From a virus (Duplodnaviria > Heunggongvirae > Uroviricota > Caudoviricetes): a DNA stretch of 43,968 nucleotides. This document shows, piece by piece, positions 26,892 to 36,064 of this stretch. The notes under the pieces were generated by a model that was not told the origin of the DNA, made no database searches, and saw nothing but the letters and a program-made list of their open reading frames with translations. The stretch lies in the IMG/VR virus record IMGVR_UViG_3300045988_181214. One strand, 5' to 3'. How positions within the stretch are numbered: position 1 is the stretch's first letter; every line of letters starts with the position of its first letter. The position numbers and the translations under genes were made by a program.

Positions 26892-27284
26892 TTATTTTTG
26901 GAAATAAACTTTTAAAGGGATTGAATTCTCCACATTGCCAATTTTGAAAGAGAACTGATAGTTGCCCTCTGCAGGGAACTGGAGGTCGGAGAACTCAAAG
27001 ATGAAGTTGCTGAAGAGAAACTCATCTGAAGGGTGTGGCTCAATCTTGGAATTGATGGGCTGGCCAAGAATCATCTTGCCAGTGCTCATCTCTGTAACCT
27101 CTGCCGAGAACTCTTGCTGAAGTTTGCTTTCCTCGCTGTTCATCTTAACTCTCGCTACCATGAAGAGGTTGTTCTTAGGCAGCGGTGCTTTTCTTACCAC
27201 ATAGTGGTCAAAAGTGCCCACGATGGTAAGTTTGCCGTCATTATCTTGTGCAAAGTCACACAATGCAAGAATATCTATGTTCAT
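26892..27284 (-). CDS. Hypothetical protein (AT-rich cargo cassette, gene 3)
   Basis: 130-aa ORF, ATGA overlap with the upstream gene. Confidence 0.5.
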   Translation of the reverse strand: MNIDILALCDFAQDNDGKLTIVGTFDHYVVRKAPLPKNNLFMVARVKMNSEESKLQQEFSAEVTEMSTGKMILGQPINSKIEPHPSDEFLFSNFIFEFSDLQFPAEGNYQFSFKIGNVENSIPLKVYFQK

Positions 27285-27721
27285 TTTATATGTCCTTTAA
27301 TGTTAGACTCGATAGCCGAGTGTTTGAAAAGTTTTTTATAATTGTCGAATGAATATTTGAGTTTGCTCACCGTGCGCTTGTTTGTGCTCACTAGGTTGGC
27401 TCCATGTCTGCCAGAGATGCCTTCCTTGGTATTGAACTTCAGAGAATTTCTTTTGGAGTCAACCCAAAGCCTGATGGCATCGCCTTGTATCTTGTCACCC
27501 ACATTGCCATGGACGTTGAGATCTTCTCGTATTTTCTTGTCCTCTTCGTTGAGCTCAAGAGCTTCGGTGATTTCTACGGAACTATTTCGGTCTAGTTCGT
27601 ATAATGTCATCTTTTTGCCCGTGATAGGTTCCTCTTTGAGTCCCTTCCACTCAGCCCTTCTGGCAATGACATCAGCTTTTTTGCCCTCTATGATTTCACC
27701 TTCTTTGATATATATAGCCAT
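27281..27721 (-). CDS. Hypothetical protein (AT-rich cargo cassette, gene 2)
   Basis: 146-aa ORF, Lys/Glu-rich. Confidence 0.5.
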   Translation of the reverse strand: MAIYIKEGEIIEGKKADVIARRAEWKGLKEEPITGKKMTLYELDRNSSVEITEALELNEEDKKIREDLNVHGNVGDKIQGDAIRLWVDSKRNSLKFNTKEGISGRHGANLVSTNKRTVSKLKYSFDNYKKLFKHSAIESNIKGHIK

Positions 27722-28149
27722 TATTGGATACTTTTTTGCATTGATTTTTCACTGAAAGAGAATACCTCAGCCATATCATCAGGCGAGGTGATGCTCATGA
27801 GCGATGGGCTGACCTCAAGAGCCACCTCAATGTCTTCAATGGAAGCATCTTTATCTTGTTTGATGATGTACTTATCCTCATGCTCTTCAATCTCTTTATC
27901 AAACTCTTCTTCGGTAATATTGCCGTCAAGCATTTCGCAATATAGTTTGAAGTAGTTGCGCTCACGTGTGCGGTTGTTAACGGCACGAGTCATCAACTCC
28001 TTGAGTCTGTCGGCAGTACTAATGTTGAAAAAGTTAGCCTTATTGGTAACACCAGCGAATGCAACCTTGCCAGTACCTTTGTCTTGTATAGCCACAACAG
28101 GGCTGCCATCAGTTTGGTATGTTGTATATATAGTCGTTGTATTGCTCAT
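27721..28149 (-). CDS. Hypothetical protein (AT-rich cargo cassette, gene 1)
   Basis: 142-aa ORF, ATG start 31 nt downstream of promoter motif. Confidence 0.5.
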   Translation of the reverse strand: MSNTTTIYTTYQTDGSPVVAIQDKGTGKVAFAGVTNKANFFNISTADRLKELMTRAVNNRTRERNYFKLYCEMLDGNITEEEFDKEIEEHEDKYIIKQDKDASIEDIEVALEVSPSLMSITSPDDMAEVFSFSEKSMQKSIQ

Positions 28150-28179
28150 AATTCACATCCTGTTTATATTAACACGGTG

Positions 28180-28187
28180 CAAAGATA
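28180..28187 (-). promoter_or_regulatory. -7 promoter element (TAtcTTTG)
   Basis: Minus-strand CGTATCTTTGCACC upstream of ATG 28149. Confidence 0.45.
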
Positions 28188-28320
28188 CGGTTATTTTTTG
28201 TAAATCGCAAATTTAATGATAAATTTAACAACAAAAATTGCAATAAAGATTGGAAAATGGTATATAAAGAATGCTCGACCGCTTTTTGGCTCTTGCCAGA
28301 CGCTTTCGCCGCAGGCGAAA

Positions 28321-28357
28321 ATTTTTGGAAAATGAGGGGGAAGGTTTTAGCCTTCCC
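28321..28357 (-). terminator. Intrinsic terminator after the RadC-like gene
   Basis: Perfect 8-bp stem GGGGAAGG / CCTTCCCC with 6-nt loop, followed on the minus strand by CTCATTTTCC. Confidence 0.5.
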
Positions 28358-28377
28358 CTTACCTTATTATATATATA

Positions 28378-29061
28378 TTATAGCTTTCCTTTGTCGTGGT
28401 AGCTGTAGAAGCCATCCTCAGCCAAGATGATATGGTCCATCAAGAAAAGTCTCATCACCTCGCACGCCTTGGCTATCTTCTGCGTGAGCATATCGTCCGC
28501 CTTGCTCGGCTGCGTGCTGTTCGATGGGTGGTTGTGTGCCACGGCGATGATGGTTGCATTGTTGAGCACGGCTTCTTTCATTATCAGTCGAACGTCCACC
28601 GCTGTCTCGGTGATGCCTCCCTCGCTGAGCTTGGTGCACTTTATCAGCCTAAAGTTTTGGTTCATCAGCACTACCCAAAAGCCCTCTGTCTCATTGCAGC
28701 CTATCATTGGGCGAAGATAGTTGTAGAGTGCCAGGCTGCTGCCTAGGTCGGTGTTTCTCGCTACCTTTTCCATTTGGTAGCGTCTGCCTAGCTCGATGGC
28801 TGCCTGTAGGGCTATCGCCTTGCAGTCTCCAATTCCTGGTACCACTTCCAGGTCTTCTATTCTCGCCTTGCCGATGTTGCGAAGCGAGTTGCCCATGATG
28901 TTATAAATCTGTCGTGCCTGCTCTTGGCTGTCCTTGGTACCTGCCCCTCTGTTGATTACCAAAGAAATCAAGTCAACGTTGGTAAGGGTGTCGAAACCTT
29001 GGTTATAGGCTCTGTACTGCGGTCTCTCCTCCATACAAAGATTGTTATAATTTTGTCTCAT
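28378..29061 (-). CDS. radC: RadC-like JAB/MPN-domain protein
   Basis: 227 aa; N-terminal helix-hairpin-helix-like LEVVPGIGDCKAIALQAAIELG; JAB metal-binding motif AVAHNHPSNSTQPSKADD. Confidence 0.75.
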   Translation of the reverse strand: MRQNYNNLCMEERPQYRAYNQGFDTLTNVDLISLVINRGAGTKDSQEQARQIYNIMGNSLRNIGKARIEDLEVVPGIGDCKAIALQAAIELGRRYQMEKVARNTDLGSSLALYNYLRPMIGCNETEGFWVVLMNQNFRLIKCTKLSEGGITETAVDVRLIMKEAVLNNATIIAVAHNHPSNSTQPSKADDMLTQKIAKACEVMRLFLMDHIILAEDGFYSYHDKGKL

Positions 29062-29076
29062 ATCTTTTGTTATTTG

Positions 29077-29601
29077 TTAGTTATACATTCTCTTTGTTCT
29101 CGCTAGGAACATCGCTCCCATCACTTGTGCGCCACATTCGGCTAGCTCGTTGGCGAACTCTCGGGCGGTCGCTCCGCTCGTCACCACGTCGTCGAAGATG
29201 ATGACTTTCTTTCCGCTGAAGTACTCTCTATCGAGTGCCACTCTGTAGTCGAAGCTCTCACACACTCTGTCTGTGCTGAAGTGCTTGGCTGTGCGCTCTC
29301 CATAGATGGAAATGTGCTCGTTTCCGTTCTGTACCTTTGCGCCTTGGCTCACCTTTTGGGCGAAGCGAGAAAAGCGCTTGGTGTACTTCTTTGAGTTGGC
29401 TGCTGGAGCGCAAACCATCACGAAGTCGCTGGCTTTGTCGCCATAGGTGTTGACGAAAGAGCTGACCACCATATCGGCAGCTGCGTCTGTCGCCCACTGC
29501 TTTCCATCCTTGAAGGCAAAGATGAAGTTTCTCACTTGCTCTGCTTGTGCTGAGCGGTCGAAACGCTTGGAGCTGTACTCGTAATAATTGAAAGTTTTCA
29601 T
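29077..29601 (-). CDS. ComF-like phosphoribosyltransferase-domain protein
   Basis: 174 aa; PRTase signature KKVIIFDDVVTSGATAREFA near the C-terminus; no N-terminal Cys-rich zinc finger. Confidence 0.65.
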   Translation of the reverse strand: MKTFNYYEYSSKRFDRSAQAEQVRNFIFAFKDGKQWATDAAADMVVSSFVNTYGDKASDFVMVCAPAANSKKYTKRFSRFAQKVSQGAKVQNGNEHISIYGERTAKHFSTDRVCESFDYRVALDREYFSGKKVIIFDDVVTSGATAREFANELAECGAQVMGAMFLARTKRMYN

Positions 29602-29870
29602 ACGCTTAAAATTTTTATTCTAGCCAGAGGGAGGAAGGAGCTTTTTTATTTGAACTCGTCTTTGCCTGCCCGTCTGAGAGTTTTTTTTATTCTGTCCGTC
29701 GGTCGTTTTTGTCGCTTTTTACGGTGCGATGCAGACGAGCGGAGAAGAGGTATGAAAGCCAAGGAATTTTGCAAAAAGTTTATGGAAAACCGTCATCTCT
29801 GATTGCGGAAGGCTGCCGAAAAGTTTTTGGAAAATAGATTTATCGGTACTTGGTGCATGCCGTCCGCCGT

Positions 29871-29878
29871 ACCTTTGC
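29871..29878 (+). promoter_or_regulatory. Plus-strand -7 promoter element (TAccTTTG) inside an ORF-poor island
   Basis: gTACCTTTGCAC, same 12-mer as the tRNA promoter; points into 29880-30499, which has no convincing ORF. Confidence 0.35.
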
Positions 29879-30198
29879 ACCCGAAAAAGAGATAATGACC
29901 GATGGATAACCGATAAAGGGAAAAGCTCTCGGACAGGAAAAGCGGGCAAAGAAAAGGCTCTGCCTTACCTTGGTGGTTAAGCCTTAGCGACGTTTGAGCG
30001 CCATCACGGTCACTACCGCTTGAAAATTCGCAAATTTTAACCATAGCGTATGAAATGAAAGATGGAAAATTTGCGTCATCAAAAACACCATGTTTTTCAG
30101 ACTTTAGGAGGAAAAACATACCTTGGAGCGATGAAATCGCAGCATTTGGCATGCTTCGACCCCGAGGTTGAAGATGCCGAATGTGTCGTTTTGCGACA

Positions 30199-30240
30199 GG
30201 TTTTCCACACCCACGGATTGGAAAACCCCGATTTTATCGT
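30199..30240 (+). terminator. Plus-strand hairpin plus U-tract (candidate terminator of a small RNA)
   Basis: Perfect 8-bp stem GGTTTTCC / GGAAAACC with 13-nt loop, followed by CCGATTTTATCG. Confidence 0.3.
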
Positions 30241-30499
30241 GGTTTTAGGGATTCAAAGGGAAAATAATTCCCCTTTGTCGGCGATAGCACCCCCCACCGC
30301 CCTACGCCCGAGCGCGCCTTCCGCCCCCTTGGAAAAGACGGAATATGTAAAAGACCGTTAACGTTTTTGTAGGAATGTAAAAAGCCAAAAGGCACGAAAA
30401 AAGGGAACACGCTTCGCAGCGCACTCCCCTTATCGGCGGTCAAGCAAGAATGCCAGCCACCTAACTTATATAAGAATCGTACTATCTAAAGAAATCAAA

Positions 30500-32101
30500 C
30501 TATAGCATGGAACCCGTGGCGATGTAGCCATCAGCCTGAGGGTATTTCTCCATGCCAATCATGAGCGTGTCGTAGGCATCGGAGCCATCGGTGCGAGCCT
30601 CCAACTTATCCTCCTCGGTCTCAGCCAGCTTCTCGCCTCGCTTATCCTTCTTGCCGTTGTAGACCCCGGCCAGGCGGATGGAGATGAGCAGGTCTTCGTT
30701 GTTCTCGCTGTTGATCATCGAGCGATGCTCAGCCTTGCCGAGGAACATGCGGTTGAGCAGAAGCATCTTTTCGAGATGTCCCATCGGGTTGCCCAGATAG
30801 ACCTCGTTGACATACCAGCCATGGTCGGTGAGGTAGTCGGTGATGAAGGTATGGAAGTCATCGTTCATCAGGGCGTAGTTGTTGCCCACGAAGGTGGAGT
30901 CGTAGTAGAAGTTGACCTCTTTGCACCGATGGTACTCATAGTACTGCATGAACTTGTCGAGCAGGGCTGGCAGCTTCTCCTCATACTTCACGAAGATGCT
31001 CTTGAGGCAGCGTGCCTCGCCCCGCAGGTTGTCTTGTCCGACGGCTATCCAGTTGATGAGGGCGTTGGCATCGAAGGCGATGCAGAGCGGACGGTCGGGG
31101 TCAACGTCGGCATCCATTCTGGAATCTACATGCTTGAGCTTGTCGATGTCGTAGCCCAAGCCATCGAGGTAGGCGAGGTTGGGCGCCGTGTATAGGTTGG
31201 CATCCCTGAGGTTGGAGTAGAAGCCATCGAGCGAGATGGAAGGTCGCTTGCACATGATGGAGGTCTGGAAGGTGAGGGCAGGGAGGTCTCGCTTCATCTG
31301 CTTGATGAACTCCATGCCGAGCACCTCGATGTTATAGACCGATGAGTACTCTTTATAGAAGAGTGCCTTGGAGCGCAGTTGCGCCAGGAGCTGACCAATC
31401 TCTCGGAGTCGGCGCTGGGCATAGCCTGAGACATGGCCCGAGGTCTTGATGCGGTTGCGTATGTCATACTCCTCTACCACGAGCGAGGCGATGGCGTCGA
31501 TGAGCAGCTGGTCGCAGTCTTTCTTGTAGTTGAGGAACCAGGAGCCCTTCTTGGTCACGGGCATATCAGAGGTGATGAGCATGCCATGGTGGTAGTAGTG
31601 CTGGCCGAAGAGGTTGACGTTGCCTCGATTGGCAGGGAAGGTCTCGTCTTTGAGCTGTTCGAAGTTGATGAACTTCGCCTCGTCGATGTCGAGGTAGTCG
31701 AGCGAGAGGGAGTTGGAGGTACCCTTGCGGTCTTGCGAGATGATGGTACCGATGGAGCCGTTATAGAAAGAGATGGTGTTCTCCCAGTTGCTGGGCGGTA
31801 TGACCGGGTCGGGCCATCCCAGTTTTTTGGGAGGCTTGACCCCGATGAGATAATGCTTGCCCCGGTGGAAGCCCCATCGCTCCCAGTGCTGAAGCATCGA
31901 CGGTATGGTGTTGGTGAGGCATCGCTTGGTGTTGGCGGATACGAAGCCGCCGTTGCTGCCAGGCATGCGCTGCATGTTGCGCAGGTTGAAGGTGGCGTGG
32001 AGAATGCTCTTGCCGATGCCTCGACCGCCCACGACCACGTTGTCGCGGGCGGAGATGAGGTTGACCTCCATCTGGGCTGGGTTGAGATATTGATCTATCA
32101 T
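30500..32101 (-). CDS. terL: Terminase large subunit
   Basis: 533 aa; N-terminal Walker A VVVGGRGIGKS, Walker B-like LDYLDIDEA, Asp-rich C-terminal nuclease-like half. Confidence 0.8.
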   Translation of the reverse strand: MIDQYLNPAQMEVNLISARDNVVVGGRGIGKSILHATFNLRNMQRMPGSNGGFVSANTKRCLTNTIPSMLQHWERWGFHRGKHYLIGVKPPKKLGWPDPVIPPSNWENTISFYNGSIGTIISQDRKGTSNSLSLDYLDIDEAKFINFEQLKDETFPANRGNVNLFGQHYYHHGMLITSDMPVTKKGSWFLNYKKDCDQLLIDAIASLVVEEYDIRNRIKTSGHVSGYAQRRLREIGQLLAQLRSKALFYKEYSSVYNIEVLGMEFIKQMKRDLPALTFQTSIMCKRPSISLDGFYSNLRDANLYTAPNLAYLDGLGYDIDKLKHVDSRMDADVDPDRPLCIAFDANALINWIAVGQDNLRGEARCLKSIFVKYEEKLPALLDKFMQYYEYHRCKEVNFYYDSTFVGNNYALMNDDFHTFITDYLTDHGWYVNEVYLGNPMGHLEKMLLLNRMFLGKAEHRSMINSENNEDLLISIRLAGVYNGKKDKRGEKLAETEEDKLEARTDGSDAYDTLMIGMEKYPQADGYIATGSML

Positions 32102-32727
32102 AGTGCTTTGTCCTCCTTGACTTCTTCTGTAGGTGTATATTCCAAGAGCTGTTCGTCGTAGTCCTCGGCCTCGATCTTGACGAGATCCATGGAGTTGTCG
32201 GTGTATTTCTTGACGAGCTTCTTGATGGTCTGCATCACGTTAGGGATGCGCTTGAGACCCAAGTGTCGTGGGTCGGTGGTAGGGATGAAGACCTGAGGCT
32301 GAATCTGGTCGTAGCCGTTGTCGGTAGGATCCTCTTTGTCGAGCAGGTGATATTTGCCGTATGCAGCTGCGGCGGCAGCCATGGCTCGGGCATCGCCCAT
32401 GGAGTCGGCCTTGTCGTAGGTGCGCTGTATCATCTGGTCGAAGCGATAGCGGGCGAAGTCTTTTGACACTTTTTGCAGGTTGCCCAATATGAGCTTGATG
32501 AGGTGCAGGTCGTTGTAAGCCATCATGCGCTGCACCTTGTAGTCGTGCATATCTTTATAGACCAGCTCTTGGTCGCTCTTGCGAGGGTTGATGAGCCACC
32601 AGGCATAGAGGGCACGGATGCGCAAAATGCGGTCGCGCACTGGGGCGGGCACATTTTGCGCATCCATCTCTTCGGGTGTGCGGTCCATCAGTTCGATGAT
32701 GGCATCGATGTTGGCGGGTTCTCTCAT
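32098..32727 (-). CDS. Putative terminase small subunit
   Basis: 209-aa ORF translationally coupled (ATGA) to terL; assignment by position only. Confidence 0.35.
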   Translation of the reverse strand: MREPANIDAIIELMDRTPEEMDAQNVPAPVRDRILRIRALYAWWLINPRKSDQELVYKDMHDYKVQRMMAYNDLHLIKLILGNLQKVSKDFARYRFDQMIQRTYDKADSMGDARAMAAAAAAYGKYHLLDKEDPTDNGYDQIQPQVFIPTTDPRHLGLKRIPNVMQTIKKLVKKYTDNSMDLVKIEAEDYDEQLLEYTPTEEVKEDKAL

Positions 32728-33005
32728 ATTCTAATCTCCTCTAACATTTGGTTCAGATATTCGTGTGTGCGCTGCACCGCCTGTGGCGAGCCAGCCGCAG
32801 CCAGGTCTAGCTCGTTTTTGCGTATCTGCTGGCGCACCGTCGCCATGCCCAAGTAATAGACACGGTGAAGCTCGGAGTCGGGCTTCAGTATCTCGTCACG
32901 CAGATCGTCCTCGCTAATATCCAAAAGGACGGACATCTCGGATATCGGAGTCAACGTCTCCGCGAAGTCTTGCACTTTTTTGAGTAATTCCTGAGAAATT
33001 TCCAT
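32724..33005 (-). CDS. Small helix-turn-helix-like DNA-binding protein
   Basis: 93-aa ORF coupled (ATGA) to the next gene; ISEMSVLLDISEDDLRDEI resembles an HTH; 92-nt overlap with 32914-33489 makes the start uncertain. Confidence 0.35.
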   Translation of the reverse strand: MEISQELLKKVQDFAETLTPISEMSVLLDISEDDLRDEILKPDSELHRVYYLGMATVRQQIRKNELDLAAAGSPQAVQRTHEYLNQMLEEIRI

Positions 33006-33489
33006 TGATTCTTAAGCTTTGAGTGTCACAATGAAGGGTATATCCGCCGAAGAGGTCGGCGAAGACCTGCGGGTCGGTGGTGATGATGGTTGACTCGTCA
33101 CGGCTGCCGTAGGTCTGGTTTTGCGAGGTGACGACCGACACGACGTGCTGGTCGTTGCGGAAGAGTGTCACCTTGGAGTGGTTTTGCCCCAGGAACACAT
33201 CGTCGAAGCAGGTCTGCATCATGCGCCACAGCTGCACGGTCTTTTTGCTCGCCTTGACATCGAGCAGCATCGTTGCTGACAGGATGCTGCCCGACTGGCG
33301 CATCAGGCGGAAGCCTCGCAGGAACTCCTCGGAGGTGGAGTAGGAAGACACCCACACATCTGCAGGGCCTATCTGGGAGAGAATCCACTTGATGAGACCG
33401 AGGGTGTGGAGGTGCCGCCCGAAGTAGGCTTGCGTCTGGGCATCGGCGATAGGACGGAGCAGGTCACTGACCTTGACCTTGGTCGGCAT
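32914..33489 (-). CDS. Hypothetical phage protein
   Basis: 191-aa ORF, ATG start. Confidence 0.4.
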   Translation of the reverse strand: MPTKVKVSDLLRPIADAQTQAYFGRHLHTLGLIKWILSQIGPADVWVSSYSTSEEFLRGFRLMRQSGSILSATMLLDVKASKKTVQLWRMMQTCFDDVFLGQNHSKVTLFRNDQHVVSVVTSQNQTYGSRDESTIITTDPQVFADLFGGYTLHCDTQSLRINGNFSGITQKSARLRGDVDSDIRDVRPFGY

Positions 33490-34207
33490 TGGCGGCTAGC
33501 TTAGCCTTGGCTACACGGTCACGGTCGGCATTGGTAACCTGGTATGAGTCGTAGGTGAGCATGTCGGCACGATAGCGCTTGTCGAGGTCGGAGAGTATCT
33601 TGAGAAGCTCGTATCGGTCGCATGGCTCAAGGCGCTCCATCGTCTTGAGCGTCTCGAAGGTCGATTTAATCTGCTTGTATCGCTTGGCGTTGGCATCCCA
33701 GAGAGCGGCAACCTCGGCAGGAAGGAACTCATGGTCGCTGCGCTTGCCCTTGCGGATGACCGCCACGCCATCGCTCTCGGAGGAAGGCAGCTCGGCATCA
33801 TCGGTCGAGCCATCATCGTCGATGGAATCGGCATTTTTTGCGATTTCATTGCCATTTTCGTCGGTTTCATCGGTCTTTTTGGTCGTTTTCTCGGTCGTAT
33901 CGGTCGTTTCTTCGGTCGTTGCCACAGGTACGCCCTCACTGATGATGGCTTGCGCCTCTGGTATGACGATGGCATCCATCTGCTTGACCTCTTCGATGGT
34001 CATGCCATCGAGACGAATCTTCAGGAACTTATTCAGCTCATACTCGATGTTGGTGCGATAAACCTGTGGCTGTCGGGTGGCACGGAAATGGTAGAAGCGA
34101 TTGCGGTTGAGACGGAAGAGCATGTCTGCGCCCTTGATGATGTCAGCGTCGCTCTCGTGCTTGGCATTGAGCCACGCCTGTATCTGTTTGGTGAATTGAT
34201 GATCCAT
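33464..34207 (-). CDS. Hypothetical phage protein with acidic central region
   Basis: 248 aa from ATG at 34207 (track ORF extends to 34339 through the terminator); Thr/Asp/Glu-rich middle. Confidence 0.45.
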   Translation of the reverse strand: MDHQFTKQIQAWLNAKHESDADIIKGADMLFRLNRNRFYHFRATRQPQVYRTNIEYELNKFLKIRLDGMTIEEVKQMDAIVIPEAQAIISEGVPVATTEETTDTTEKTTKKTDETDENGNEIAKNADSIDDDGSTDDAELPSSESDGVAVIRKGKRSDHEFLPAEVAALWDANAKRYKQIKSTFETLKTMERLEPCDRYELLKILSDLDKRYRADMLTYDSYQVTNADRDRVAKAKLAANADQGQGQ

Positions 34208-34220
34208 ATATAAGAATGTT

Positions 34221-34268
34221 TTTGATGAAAAGAACAAAGGTGGCTCAGGCACGAAGCGAGAGCCACCT
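34221..34268 (-). terminator. Intrinsic terminator after the capsid-adjacent gene
   Basis: Perfect 9-bp stem AGGTGGCTC / GAGCCACCT, 14-nt loop, followed on the minus strand by TTTGTTCTTTTC. Confidence 0.5.
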
Positions 34269-34323
34269 AAGCTTTGAAGTTTAAACCGTATGTAGTTATG
34301 CAAAAATTTGGGCAAATGAACGT

Positions 34324-34920
34324 TTATGCCGCCTCCCATACAGAGCCATCGGAACCCTTGATGTCTCCGGACTCAGTCTCGATCTTGCCAGGATAGAACG
34401 GTGTAGGGCAGAAGTCTGTCGCCTCGGTGTTGACGGTCGTGGTGCAAGCATCGGTCACGCCGCTGCCTGATGCCTGGCTGACGGTAATCTTAGGTGCGAA
34501 TGCCTCGCAGCCGATGAGACGGGCACGACCCTTGCGGTCTTGCACCATCATGATGAGCTCGTCGTTGATAGCCATGGTAGCGAAGCCACTGATGTCCTCG
34601 TCGGTACCACCCACCACGAACTCGCCTTTGTTGAGGAACGTAGCGGAAGGTGCCTCGCCCTGAGTCTCTGCAGTAAAATTGCTCTTGGCATCTACGAGGT
34701 CGAGACTGTGCCACTTGGCATCGCTCGCCAAGGTGAAGTCGCCTGTATATTGAGCCAGCTTAGCTGGGTCTGTGGTCTCGTCAGTTGCCGCTGGCAATGT
34801 TGGCCAAGTCAGAATCTGACTCTTCAAGATGAAGAAAACACGAGGGCGAACGCCTGGGGCTATGCGAGCCCCAGGACATTTCTTAACTGATTTATATAAA
34901 TCTTTTGTATTACAAGCCAT
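34324..34920 (-). CDS. Putative head protein co-transcribed with the capsid gene (decoration or structural)
   Basis: 198-aa ORF 33 nt downstream of the capsid candidate, followed by a strong terminator. Confidence 0.4.
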   Translation of the reverse strand: MACNTKDLYKSVKKCPGARIAPGVRPRVFFILKSQILTWPTLPAATDETTDPAKLAQYTGDFTLASDAKWHSLDLVDAKSNFTAETQGEAPSATFLNKGEFVVGGTDEDISGFATMAINDELIMMVQDRKGRARLIGCEAFAPKITVSQASGSGVTDACTTTVNTEATDFCPTPFYPGKIETESGDIKGSDGSVWEAA

Positions 34921-34953
34921 AATTTTATCTCCTATATATAATAAGGTGAAACT

Positions 34954-36063
34954 TTACTCCTTGCCCTCAGCTCCGGTATCGTCTGCAGAAGAATTCTTCT
35001 GCTCTGCATCGCTAGCTGTGTTGCTGCTTGCAGGATCAGCACCTGAACCCTTTGTGATGAGCGATGTGGTACCATCGTTTGTGATGAACAGGGCTCGTTC
35101 TTTATTGATGCTCTCGTACTGGCAACCTAAGAACTTGGTGGCGATGAAGTCGAGCTTCCAAGGGTGGTACTTTTCTACGCTGATCTTCTCCTCGTCGCTG
35201 TTGTTTGCCTCGTTGACACCCACGAGCATATTGTTGCGAGTGGTGAGCTGGAAGAACGGAGCGTTCTTCTTGTTGATGAGTGGTACCATCTCAACGTTGT
35301 CGAAACCCTCGACGGTGTTGTGGTTGTAACCGGTATTGTATGGCACATTGCCAAACTTATTGAGGTAGTTGCGGTTGTAGAGATTGATGAACGCCTGTGG
35401 AACGTAGAGATAAAGCTTCTCTTCGCCAATCAGTTCTTCGTCAGCCTCCTCGCAAATGGCCTGTGCGAAGTCAACGGCGTTATCGCTGCTGATATTCTTA
35501 CCACTGCCCAAAATATCTGAAACTTTGATGAGGTTGCCGAGGTCTCGAGACAGCTTGCCATTAGTCAACTCAGTCTTGGCGATGGTATCGAAACCATTGA
35601 AGAGGTCTTTTGAGCCTTTGCCCTCGTCGTTGCGCACGGCATCGAAGAGGTGGAGGTTGAGGTTCTTGCCCAGCTTGAGCGCCAAGAGCTGCAGCACCTG
35701 AAGGGTGATTGGCACGTTCTTAAGCGCTTCGCCATTCATGGCGTTGGCCCCCCAAATGGTGGAATAAACTGAGTTCGGGGAGAACTTGATGTCAACGTTG
35801 CCGAGGAACACCTGCAAAGTGCGAGGTGTAATCTTTACGCCACCATCGCCCACGCGGTTCTCGTCGTATGGACCAAACTCTGCGTTGCCGAGCAACTCGC
35901 CCACGGTCTCTGAAACTCTGATGCCCGGGCGCAGGGTCATGTACTTGAGTGACTGAGCCAAGCCTTTGGTAGGCATCGTAATCAACTTCGAACGGTAAGT
36001 TTTCGCAGTGTTCTGCAGCTGTACATCGACATCTACAGGCACAATGAATTTATTATCTGCCAT
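34954..36063 (-). CDS. Putative major capsid protein
   Basis: 369 aa from ATG (track starts at TTG 36072); immediately follows the prohead protease-scaffold gene; size fits HK97-fold capsid proteins. Confidence 0.5.
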   Translation of the reverse strand: MADNKFIVPVDVDVQLQNTAKTYRSKLITMPTKGLAQSLKYMTLRPGIRVSETVGELLGNAEFGPYDENRVGDGGVKITPRTLQVFLGNVDIKFSPNSVYSTIWGANAMNGEALKNVPITLQVLQLLALKLGKNLNLHLFDAVRNDEGKGSKDLFNGFDTIAKTELTNGKLSRDLGNLIKVSDILGSGKNISSDNAVDFAQAICEEADEELIGEEKLYLYVPQAFINLYNRNYLNKFGNVPYNTGYNHNTVEGFDNVEMVPLINKKNAPFFQLTTRNNMLVGVNEANNSDEEKISVEKYHPWKLDFIATKFLGCQYESINKERALFITNDGTTSLITKGSGADPASSNTASDAEQKNSSADDTGAEGKE

Positions 36064-36064
36064 A

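Noticed and set aside
29719-30443. Small ORFs (69-119 aa, both strands) in the ORF-poor island
   Set aside because: They overlap each other, have low-complexity translations and one is interrupted by a terminator-like hairpin; region reported as candidate ncRNA or pseudogene instead.
29602-30499. Possibility that the ORF-poor island is a retron msr/msd ncRNA paired with the nearby PRTase gene
   Set aside because: The only RT in the window is 17 kb away and paired with a TR/VR, making it a DGR RT; no RT is adjacent to this region.
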